A stretch of DNA of 64,000 bases from Octopus bimaculoides (GCF_001194135.2 NC_068987.1:5812718-5876717); one strand, 5' to 3'. Positions 1 through 11,086 are shown, numbered from the stretch's first letter. Notes: generated by a model from the sequence alone, not told the origin. Made by a program: numbers and translations.

Positions 1-192
1 TATATATACACACACACACACACACACCTCGCACAGGTATTTGTGTGTGTAAATGCACAGGCAACAATAAGTCTTCGGTTTCAATTCCAGTGTGCGGCAC
101 AGAGGTCACGTGGCTTCCACTATAGCACCGAGTATACTTTTTCCTCGTGGATGATTGTAGTACATGCAAACCACGTGAACGTCCGTGAGTTA

Positions 193-234
<42 letters not shown>

Positions 235-386
235 ACTACCTATGTATTTATCTATCTCCACACACACACACACACACACATGCACACTGATATAGATACA
301 CACACATATACGTATATATGTATACCTACTATAAGGTGAGCACAAGGGTGTACGTACGCCGCTATATGTATATATAAATATAAAAC

Positions 387-632
387 AATGGAATAAAAAC
401 GCAATAGAGGACAATAAAACATTCGGACACAGACGATACAAAGCAAACAGGAAAAACAACAATTACGTGGTACCGAAACTGTAAGGACATCTGGTAACTT
501 GACTGATGAAAGAAGGCTACAAATGACGTGTCCTTTTTTTCCTTGTCCTTCTGATTGTTGATTTGCCTGCCGCCTTGGTATTGTCTATCTGTCCGAATGT
601 TTTATTATCCTGTATTGCCTTTTTATTCCATT
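387..632. mobile_element. Inverted pair of an interspersed repeat (arms about 387-465 and 553-632), possibly a Penelope-like terminal/UTR sequence
   Basis: tggaataaaaacgcaatagaggacaataaaacattcggaca matches the reverse complement of tgtccgaatgttttattatcctgtattgcctttttattcca. The same sequence recurs at 3728-3838 and 42068-42210. Confidence 0.7.
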
Positions 633-677
633 ATATATATATATATATATATAAAATATGTGACAATTATTCGGTTG

Positions 678-741
678 CCATAAGACTCTGAGTTTCGGAT
701 GTCGGGGCCGAAATCTGCACCGGCATCTCGTCAGTTGTCGA
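678..741 (-). ncRNA. Degenerate type I hammerhead ribozyme-like motif
   Basis: Minus strand reads cgacaa CTGACGA gatgccgg...ccgacatc c GAAA ctcagag TC ttatgg. Core and GUC triplet are intact, helix II has 7/8 pairs, helix I has 4/6 pairs. Confidence 0.5.
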
Positions 742-1266
742 GGCAATCAAAATATCGAGGTCTCTTCCATTTTTTTATTATTAATATATATATATATATA
801 TATATNNNNNNNNNNNNNNNNNNNNNNNNNNNNNNNNNNNNNNNNNNNNNNNNNNNNNNNNNNNNNNNNNNNNNNNNNNNNNNNNNNNNNNNNNNNNNNN
901 NNNNNNNNNNNNNNNNNNNNNNNNNNNNNNNNNNNNNNNNNNNNNNNNNNNNNNNNNNNNNNNNNNNNNNNNNNNNNNNNNNNNNNNNNNNNNNNNNNNN
1001 NNNNNNNNNNNNNNNNNNNNNNNNNNNNNNNNNNNNNNNNNNNNNNNNNNNNNNNNNNNNNNNNNNNNNNNNNNNNNNNNNNNNNNNNNNNNNNNNNNNN
1101 NNNNNNNNNNNNNNNNNNTGTATAAGGGATGACCACTAGGTGCACATCCAATATGCTAGAAAGAGGTCATCAACGACCCAACCACAAAGGAAAATAATGT
1201 TCTCCAGAAAAATTTCGCAAAACGCCTGAACAGGACAAAATGAGAAATATACAGAATAAGGAGTTA

Positions 1267-1336
1267 TCTATGGACTGCAGTTTCTAACATTAACGTTTTA
1301 CTTACGTAATAACATCCGTGTTCTCATCAGCATAGA
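1267..1336 (-). ncRNA. Minimal type I hammerhead ribozyme-like motif with palindromic helix III
   Basis: Minus strand reads TCTATG CTGATGA G AACA..TGTT A GAAA CTGCAG TC CATAGA. Helix I is a perfect 6 bp, ACTGCAGT is a palindrome, the triplet is GUC, and 10.1-11.1 is G.A instead of G-C. Confidence 0.65.
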
Positions 1337-1379
1337 CGCTCTAGAATCAACACAATTTGCAGGTACTGATTTGTTAACC

Positions 1380-1535
1380 GCCAAGTAACTTAGCTGGTTT
1401 GACCAAAGAAACCAATAGAATAAATATCGGACTTCAAAGCAGTAATTATTGAGGTCGATTTGTTCAACTAATACCCTTGAAGGCTGTGCACCATGATGGC
1501 CGAGGTCGAATAACTGATAAAAGATAAAAGAATTA
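1380..1535 (+). mobile_element. SINE family A, degraded 3' tail
   Basis: Similar to the tail of the complete copy at 10691-11086 (taacttagc...gtcgatttgttc...gatggccg). Confidence 0.55.
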
Positions 1536-1849
1536 ATAGATGAAAGTTGTGAGATAACAGTATGTCCGTGTGTGTAACACATTGTCATCTCTGTCTCAAT
1601 AAGCGTATATCTCTTGTGTGATAAATCTTCCTGGTTAGAATATCACCAGACGACATAACCTTATAATATTATAAATGTCAGTCCGAAGTTTTGAAACCGA
1701 TGTATGAAACACAATGTTTATTGTTCTTCGTTTTATAATATTAACCTGGACATGCTTGTTGGAGTTTTGCAAGTATAATGGAAAAATTAAGTTTCTTTGT
1801 ATTATATTAGCATTGGGGTAGAAAACTATATATATCACGGAATGGAATA

Positions 1850-1908
<59 letters not shown>

Positions 1909-3727
1909 CATATATATATATATATATGTATAAGCCACACTTAAGTGGCAATATACTATATATATNNNNNNNNNNNNNNNNNNNNNNNNNNNNNNNNNNN
2001 NNNNNNNNNNNNNNNNNNNNNNNNNNNNNNNNNNNNNNNNNNNTATATATACACATATATATGCATATATATATATATGTATATGTACATACATATATAC
2101 ATACATACATATGTGCATATATATATAAATATATATATACATATACATACATATATATATATATGCCCAAAAGTCACCAGACAGTAAATCAAAACCATTT
2201 AATTCCAAGGTTATTTATGTTTAACAACTGAATGAATTTTTTAAAAAAGCATCTAAGTGAAGTCCTTCTAAAGTGACACACTTTTCCATTCGAGTCAATG
2301 CAGAATTACAGATACTATTTATGGAATTTCGATTTACTATCGGTTGACTGTTGACCAATCCTGTATATATACGTATTTTATAAACAAACTTTGGAAACAA
2401 CGAACGTATTCGTATTTTAAAGACAAGAAAGTGAATTTCGAAGGCTATGTAACTGTGAGAACAGCAGAGAAAGATTGTCTTATAAGGGTAAATACCCAAT
2501 ATTTCTGTTCTTCTCACAACAATAACAACATTCGAAATTCACTTTCTTGTGTGTAAAATATATTACGTAGCTTTATGTTTTCTCATTCCATAACACTGCA
2601 CGATATCCATTATACGTTTCTTAAATATTAAATCTCTTAAATGTTATTTGCTCTTGTTATGCATTCGCTGAAAATCTGGTAATATAATCTCTTTCTTATG
2701 ATATTCCTCATTTAACCGATATTACAGTTATGAAACGTGTAATATGACGTGTAATAAATTAAATAATCTAAGATCTGACTCACCACTTGTATTATACATG
2801 CATACAAACATACATACATACATACATAGATACATATATTCATGCATAGATATATGTGTGCGAGTGTTTGTATGTGTGTGGACATATATGTATTGATATA
2901 TATAATCCTCTGTCGTTTATATATGATAGGGATTATTATATCTAGATAATAAATGACATAGATTATATGAGAATGCTGCTGAATTTCCATATCACATGAG
3001 AAAAGGAAAATGTAAATGAACGGTGATTAATGTTCTACATATATGGTATGAACAACTGTAATTAATACATACATACTAAGGCTAGCACACACACATATAT
3101 TCGCAGACAACAGACACATACACGCACACACCTCTGTCTCTATCTTTCTCTCACACAGTCACACGTATAGGTGCATAAGTAATAGCGTTAAGATTCTGTC
3201 ACATTTTTAATTAAATTTCAATTCCCCCTTTCTGCACACAATAAGCTCTACTCATCACTATATATCATTTACTTGTCACAAGCAACCGTTGACGAGGCTT
3301 TATTAAAGAAGCGCGAAAATGTTGGTGAGCGAAAGTGTTACAACAAAAGTGTGAAGTGTTAGAAACGGAAGAGATATGAGCAATCCAATATCTCGTATGA
3401 GAAAGGAAAGCATTGAATATTGGAATATAGGAAGTTGAGTGGGCAGGAGCACATATATACATGTATACATACATATATATATGTATATATATAAATGTAT
3501 ATATATATATTGATATAGCTATATACGATGATTTTTATTTCTTTTCAGAAAATTGCCATCTCATCAAAAGTTAAAGTTGTGTACCCGACCGCGGGTACTT
3601 AACTGGCTGTTAAGGTCGACCCAAGAACTGCATGTTTCTCGAAATATATGACACCGAAAACGAAAATTATGGCCCTGGTCGTTTCGATGATGAGAATTAC
3701 ACTTTCTGGTAAAAACCTCTTCAAGAA

Positions 3728-3838
3728 CGACCCGTCTTTTTTTGCCTGTCCTTCTAATTGTTGTTTCTCTTGTCCGCCTATGTATCGTCTATCTGTCCGA
3801 ACGTTTTAATGCCCTCTATTGCGTTTTTTGTTCCATTC
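3728..3838 (-). mobile_element. Copy of the repeat forming the 387-632 inverted pair
   Basis: tgtccttctaattgttg...atctgtccgaacgttttaatgccctctattgcgttttttgttcca is similar to 545-632. Confidence 0.7.
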
Positions 3839-3953
3839 ATTTATACTGAGCACCAAGGTAATACATTCCATGTGTACGTCCTTTTGGCATTTGTTGTTCT
3901 GTTATTTCTTAAGCTTAATTTCTGATTTGGATATATATGTATATGTGTGTGTG

Positions 3954-4004
<51 letters not shown>

Positions 4005-4323
4005 TTATCTATATATGAATATACACACATGTATGTGTATAGATGCATAAAGTTGTATGCATATTGACATGCAAGCCCATAAATAGAAACTGGAGGAGGA
4101 AATTTATTCAATGCATCGCTCCTTTCATTTGTCGTGGTTTCCGATAGACCAAAATCTTTCCATTGCTTAACACACAGCATATTTACAGCCACCACGGACA
4201 CTACAAACTGTTTACTAAAAGTACAGTCGTAAATTGTTTGCACTTGCATTGATAATAAGTTGGTTCAACATCAAAAGTCAACAGAAGAGTCTTCCAAATA
4301 CAGAAGCATATAAGAATACTTAC

Positions 4324-4700
4324 TTCTTCAATGAACAGCTCCGTGACATTCCTTTGATACACAGAAGCAATGTCTCTTCGCCCGATGATATGGACTTTTA
4401 TCTATAAAAAAAAAACAGTTATCGAAGAATTGTTCTCCTTTTGGTATTCAGAAAGAATATTCAGAAAACGTAAAAATAATCGTTTCAGTTGTTGAAAATT
4501 TTCGGCCTCATATAAATTCTGGTCCGATTTACACAAACAAAAACTTGGAAAGACAGCTTGCCATTTAACTATCTAAATAAAACTTGAGTTCATAGACTGA
4601 TAATATTGACATTTGTAATATCGTCCGGTCTATTATGGAAACACATCCTCCCATCCACTACATTTATAACTCCAGAAAATTTGAACAAAAGAACTGAACT
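4324..4700 (-). pseudogene. Decayed Penelope-like reverse transcriptase remnant
   Basis: Minus-strand translation EYQKENNSSITVFFL*IKVHIIGRRDIASVYQRNVT resembles the PLE RT motif E.E.NN.LPFLD......TSVYRK.T. Upstream CFHNRPDDI...LN resembles RYVDDI. Stops and frameshifts are present. Confidence 0.45.
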
Positions 4701-5974
4701 GGTGAATTTTTGTAAACATATCCGTTGTTATTTATCAAGGAATTTCTAAGTACAAATAGAAAAGGTTATTTCCAACATATTTCCAACATAATACGATTAG
4801 AATACTCTGAAATAGCGTCAGACATTGACATAAACGTTGAGTTCTTTATTACTACTAAAATGACATTAACTATAGTCACCTTTCTCGTGTGTTTTAGACA
4901 TATGATAATATAAACAGGAAAGTGGGAGAACATATCACCTGTTGTAAGAATGGTAATTGAATAGATCAGCGTGAAATGTATTTTCTCCGTTTTTGTTTTG
5001 TTTTTTTTTCTCTATCAGTCACACCTACGTAAAGAATGAAATTTTAATTTGTTTATGAATGTTTCAATATATTGACGCTGTTTCTCTAATTTAATCGGCT
5101 GAGTAAATGTCACCGTGAAACGCAGGGTAATACCTGAAGATTTAACTTTTAACATATAAAACGGCTACTGTTTTAAGCGCAATGCGTATTATAAATATTT
5201 GTGTCTGAATGTGTGTGTGAGGTCTATTAATAAATACAAATAGTTATTAGAACTGCTTACCAACCAGCGATCCGGCCATTCTGCTAGCAGCCAAACATCC
5301 AGCGCAGGATGTCCATGACTGCAGTACTGTGTGTATTGGTCATATTGACCTTCAGTCTAATAATAGCCATACTGTCAGATGAAATTAAATCAACGCATAT
5401 TTAGGGCATGTGGTGATTTGCAGCAAGTTTCAACAAAGTAAAACTTTCAAGACCGCAACGTAATTGTGAGAAAACCATATTTTCTCAGATCGGAAAACCG
5501 TTTACGGAGTCTAAAGACAGATTGTTTTGAGTCATTCACGTTGTTAACAGTTCTGTTAGCATTTCTGATCGGAAAAGAACATCCTCAGGAAACCACTTCC
5601 GATATGCATAACCATCCTTTGCAACGGCTGAAAATCATACCGTGAATGTGCATGCTATTATTATTATTCGTGAGATCTTGATCAAATCGCATTTCTCCTT
5701 AGCTTTCAAACTATCCCACATCTCTTACTTGACTACGATTATGCATTTTATTTTTCTTCACCTTGCACCTAGCAGCAGATGCGGCTCATATGGAGTTGTG
5801 TATGGATGTTTCTGGCTTTATTCTTCGAAATTCTCAACAACTGGGAAACTGCCTCGTAATTAAAGTCTCACCAGCAAGGTATTCTTATTTGTACGTATGT
5901 ATGTATGTAGGTATGAATGTATGTATGTATGTATGTATGTATGTATGTATGTATGTATGTATGTATGCATGTAT

Positions 5975-6195
5975 GTATTGTGTTTGTGCCTCTGTGTTTG
6001 TCCCCCAACCATCGCTTAACAACCAATGTTGATATGTTTATATCACGTAATTTTGTGGTTCGTCAAAAGAGACCAATAGAATAAGTACTAGGCTCGCCAA
6101 AAATAAGTCCTAGAGTCGATTTGCTCGACTAAAAACCCCTTAAAGGCGGTGCTCCAGCTTGGCCACATCACGATGATTGAAATAAATAAAAGAAT
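5975..6195 (+). mobile_element. SINE family A, 3' half
   Basis: ccatcgcttaacaacc...aataagtactagg...gtcgatttgctcgactaaaa...ggcggtgctccagc matches the family A tail. Confidence 0.75.
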
Positions 6196-6214
6196 AAAAG
6201 AATATATATATATG

Positions 6215-6277
<63 letters not shown>

Positions 6278-7114
6278 ACATACATATGTACATATATGCA
6301 GATATACATATCTATATACATATGTGAACACATTAATATGCACACCCACACATATACACATAGATACGCACACACATACAATTTCTTTTCAAGCTGCTAA
6401 ATAAACTGTTCAGTTGTTCTAACACGCTTTTGCCTTAAGAAAGAGTTTTTACCGCCGTGACTCACTGTCGTGGAAACCCAACACAGATTCAAATGTCTCT
6501 CAAATATATTTGAATTGGTCTTTATTTTAAAAATATGTTTGGATTAAATAATTCTTACATTTAAAGAAAGCCTAGCGTGTTAGGTGTAATATATAAAACA
6601 TCAATATCCATTCCCCAGATATGTTACTTCTGTCAGCTCATAAACTCACCAGTGTGAATTAAAGGTTTCATCAGCGAAAATATTAAATACAAGATTACTA
6701 GCAGGCTATAAAACGGAAGATATTGCTAGAATACCCAAACTGTTGTACCGATAATAAAATTATTTCAAAACTGGCAATGTCTAGCACATAATTGATTAAA
6801 TATTATGCAATAACAGACATTTTCTATCATGAAATAGTAATTTACTTGTGCTCTCAATACAAATAGGAAGGAAAAACATAAATTCCGAAGCAATTAATGA
6901 GCTATAACGAAGAGAAGCCAGAAAATAAAGCGGAGTTCCATAGAAAGACGGTCGCAGTCTGATGTATATTTGACAAGTAGATACAGCAAGGTGTCGTGTT
7001 GTTCACACACGGTGACTGATATGAGTGGTGTGTCTCCATGCTACTTCACTCTATGTTTCAGCGCATCTCTGTTACATACACGAGCACATTCACGCATAGC
7101 CTGCGTCATAGCAT

Positions 7115-7158
7115 CTGATGAGGTGGATACGTCCTACGCATCCACAGAACATTAAGTC
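7115..7158 (+). ncRNA. Degenerate hammerhead-like motif
   Basis: CTGATGA G GTGGATaCGT cct ACGcATCCAC A GAACATTAAG TC. Helix II is long with a G.A at 10.1-11.1. GAACA replaces GAAAC and helix I does not pair. Confidence 0.3.
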
Positions 7159-7256
7159 TTTTCGAGCGGAGTCAAACTGTTTTTCTAAAATTATGTAACT
7201 TCTACCAAAATGTTCTGAGTGCTGCATTCGTTTGTTCACTCCTTCGTATACATACA

Positions 7257-7353
<97 letters not shown>

Positions 7354-7496
7354 TATATATAACGGTCTTTTCCGATAAACGCTGTGCTTGGCATTTGAAT
7401 TCAAAGTTGATAGAGGTGAAAACATTTCTATTGCCGACTAGGATTCATGCTAGCCCCAAGGTAAAGCCTTGCTTTGATCTATATCTTTAGGAATAT

Positions 7497-7558
7497 TTCC
7501 CCTGACGAGGCAAATGGGTCCCATGAGCGGTCCTTAACGTCGAAATTGCAATCAGGAA
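7497..7558 (+). ncRNA. Minimal type I hammerhead-like motif with palindromic helix III
   Basis: ttccc CTGACGA GGC...GTC GAAA TTGCAA TC aggaa. The core is complete, G10.1-C11.1 is present, ATTGCAAT is a palindrome, the triplet is AUC, and helix I has 4/5 pairs. Confidence 0.45.
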
Positions 7559-7639
7559 TTAACGAATTATTTTCAAGTTGTAGATTCTATTTGCTATGTC
7601 AACCGAAGACAGTTTTTATCTTGAGGACAAATGATATAC

Positions 7640-7698
<59 letters not shown>

Positions 7699-7912
7699 CA
7701 TATATATATTGTGTGTGTGCTTCTGTGTTTGTTCCCCCCACCGTCGCTTAACAACCNNNNNNNNNNNNNNNNNNNNNNNNNNNNNNNNNNNNNNNNNNNN
7801 NNNNNNNNNNNNNNNNNNNNNNNNNNNNNNNNNNNNNNNNNNNNNNNNNNNNNNNNNNNNNNNNNNNNNNNNNNNNNNNNNNNNNNNNNNNNNNNNNNNN
7901 NNNNNNNNNNNN

Positions 7913-7952
<40 letters not shown>

Positions 7953-9093
7953 GTTTATATATACACGTACGTACGTACATATATGCAGATATTCATATCT
8001 AAATATACATATCTATATATATATATGTGAACACATTAATATGCACACCCACACATATACACATACATACGCACACACATACACATACACACACGCATAT
8101 ATGGGTGACTGTGTGTGTTTGTGTATATGTATCTGTGTGTATGTCAAGAAAAGGTAATTTAGATACTTTTATTGAAGTGGAGACATCACTTTTCGATTAA
8201 TTCTGAGAAAATATTTTATGAAGCGCCATCTATCATGAAAATATACAACTATAACTGATAACATCTAAAATATATTTCGGTGAAAAATCAAATACAAAAA
8301 CATAAAAAAAACAAAACTGGTGACTAAAAATAAGAGAAAAACTCTTGAAGTTATAATATTAAATTGAATTTCATGCGATTTTCTGATAGAAACATTTCAG
8401 TTAAAAAATAAAAGAAAAAGTTAATCGATTTAAATCGAAAAAAACAAAAAGAAAACAACAACATTGTTAACAACAGCAAAAGAATCGACACTTCAAACAG
8501 TAATATCAACTACAACAACAATTTACAGTTAAGTAATACCTGAAACGGAAAGAAACGAAGAAGGTGAATATTGGAAACTGAAGAGTATTGTGAAGAGAGA
8601 GATAGAGAGAAAGAGGAAGTGTAGAGAGATATAACGTATCATTGTTAAAAGTTAACGCCACGAAGAGACTCGCAATTGAATGCTGGGTAAAATGATCCTT
8701 TGAAAATTGCATGGTTGTGTGAATCTGTTATAATTGCGATTTGATATATTTGTGAATTTGTATTATGCAAATGTAAATTTAATTATGCAATTTTTTTGTT
8801 AATAGTCTTATAATTATTCTGTGATTTGGGTTAGAAATCGATGGGATATTAATATTAAGAATTAGATATTTATGATATGTTAATTCTGTGATCTGGCGTT
8901 CTCTAGTGATATGATATTTCGATGAAATTTGAATTCTAAAGTTATTACGAAAACAATTAATGGATTCTGCATTCACGAATAAGACGGGAAATTATATTAA
9001 GTTGATTCCTTTTGAATGTGCACAAAACCAAATTATTAGGGATGTTTAGTCAATAAATTTTACTGAGCATAATTCCGGTAATACAGAAAAAAT

Positions 9094-9231
9094 GGAGACC
9101 ACCTCCTCCTGTGGGATGAAGTTGAAAGAATAGACAAAGAACACCACTGGAAAATACGAAAACTAAAAGAAGCAGCACATATGCTAGGATACAACAACCT
9201 CTTTAGCAGACTGAGTGCAGATATGAGTAGC
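9094..9231 (+). pseudogene. Penelope-like element GIY-YIG endonuclease C-terminal remnant
   Basis: Translates GDHLLLWDEVERIDKEHHWKIRKLKEAAHMLGYNNLFSRLSADMSS, fitting the PLE EN pattern H...W....I...E.....R...EA..I. A second copy lies at about 23652. Confidence 0.7.
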
Positions 9232-9280
9232 AAAAGAGTAAAAGAGTAAGAATGAGAACCCAGGTTCGAAATTTCCCCAA

Positions 9281-9326
9281 GACACCTGATGAAGGCTGGA
9301 GGCTATATCAACCGAAATGTTGTGTT
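9281..9326 (+). ncRNA. Minimal Penelope-type hammerhead motif in the PLE 3' region
   Basis: GACAC CTGATGA a GGCTG..CAACC GAAA TG TT GTGTT. Helix I is GACAC/GTGTT, helix II has 4/5 pairs, and GAAATGTT is a likely CpG-decayed GAAACGTT. It lies about 50 nt after the EN remnant. Confidence 0.55.
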
Positions 9327-10690
9327 AACAACAAACAAGACGAGGACAAATATCCGTGTACAAATGTAAATAATGTATAATTGTGGTAGTTACAGTCTCG
9401 TAGTCTGAGGGGAAAGTGTGCGCTCGAGAAAATAAGAATGAAATTTCCTTGTATTACCAACAGATTCAAATAATTACGCATTTCTTAAAGAATGATTTTA
9501 TCCAACATTCAATTGTCCTTCTTCGCGATATCAATTTTTGATAATCGCTTAAACACTTTTCCCTTCACGCGGGGGTGAAGCATTGGGGTTGTTGTGATTT
9601 CCTCCGCTTCCCAGAATTTACAAATTTGATGGTAATAGAAATCCCTCCGGGGAATGTTCCGTAGTCCCCCACCCCAATTACACTCTTACACACACACATA
9701 TTTGTAACATTTCCTGAGATATTTGCGGTTTTAGACCTCCCTACGGAAAGGGAATTTTGATGATAGAACGATTGAAATTCATGGCCAGGTTGTGCTGTTT
9801 ACACCTTTTTTATTCACGGAATGTATTTTGTCCGTTAACTTCCAAGAAATATCCGAGAAGCATATTTGCTTAGCGTATTTTATTTGAATCTAAAATCTTG
9901 ATGTAGGGCATGCTGTAGCCATTGCTGTAGCTATCGTTAAATACGCAGTAGAGTTTTTAACTGCTTTTACACTTGATGTTGGGTGCAAACATCTTTCTTT
10001 TTTGTTCTATGGCTTACTTTTCTTATTTCGTATTTCATTGTTGGAATTTTGTGTAATGCACATTCAGTTCTGTTTTCAAAAAGGCTATTACTGATGTGTA
10101 ATTTGAGTTGTAATTGTTTGTTATTCACATAATAGTTTATAAGTCTGTATTCTGCTATAGTTATTTCGTTCAATATTTGTACTGAAGCATCCATGTTCGT
10201 GATTGTAGTGATGTTGAATTCTGATAGCAAATTGCAAGCTGATGCGTGTTTTCCTTTTATTCTTTAGCATTGCATTTATTTAATATACAGATACAAAGTA
10301 TGTTCTATTATGCATTTGAAGATAAGAATAAGGGCGGATAGTAGAGCTTTAGTTTTGTTATTGGCTACAACGATAAGGTTGAAAAGAGATTAGTAAGAAA
10401 GTTTGTACTAAATGAGATTGATATCACACATACAGATCGGTTTTCCTTATTTATACAATTTCTAACCGTGGGGTGTTTTAAGAACTGACTTCGCCGCTTC
10501 AACGCAGCGCGGTGTTCTTATTGTAAAAATAAAACATGAAACTTGTAGTTTGTCTAAGAAATTACATAGATTTTTTTTATGTTGATTAATTCAGTTTTTA
10601 TTATTGGCGTATTGATTTAATATTTATTATTGGTTCAACAATTATCATTTTGTTCCTGATTGTCGATTTTTAAAATAATAATATATAATA

Positions 10691-10888
10691 GGCGCAGGAG
10701 TGGCTGTGTGGTAAGTAACTTGCTAACTAACGACATGGTTCTGGGTTCAGTCCCACTGCGTGGCACCTTGAGCGAGTGTCTTCCACTATAGCCTCGGGCC
10801 GACCAAAGACTTGTGAGTGGATTTGGTACATGGAAACTGAAAGAATCCCGTCGTATATATATATATATATATATGCATATATATACAT

Positions 10889-10923
<35 letters not shown>

Positions 10924-11086
10924 TGTACTTGTGTGTCCCTCACCATCGCTTGACAACCGATGCTGGTGTGTTTACGTCCCCGTAACTTAGCGGTTCGGCA
11001 AAATGGAAAATAAAATAAGTACTAGGCTTACAAAGAATAAGTTCTGGGTTCGATTTGCTCGACGAAAAGCGGTGCTCCAGCATGGC
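10691..11086 (+). mobile_element. SINE family A, complete (tRNA-like head, CORE-like block, internal (TA)n(GT)n, conserved tail)
   Basis: The head ggcgcaggagtggctgtgtggtaag..gggttcagtccc has A/B-box-like motifs. caccttgagcgagtgtcttc resembles the CORE-SINE block. More than 15 copies or fragments occur in the window. Confidence 0.9.

Noticed and set aside
3660-3725. Minus-strand TTGAAGA...catcGAAACgacc hammerhead-like arrangement
   Set aside because: The core is mutated, with no U16.1 or convincing helices.
5263-5627. Long minus-strand stretch between good acceptor and donor
   Set aside because: There are stops in all three frames and no recognisable motif.
9430-9760. Several NF-kB-like GGGRNNYYCC words
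   Set aside because: They are short imperfect motifs with no linked gene or promoter evidence.
9967-10260. 87-aa minus ORF, faintly like a PLE GIY-YIG C-terminus
   Set aside because: Similarity is too weak to assign by eye and needs a profile search.
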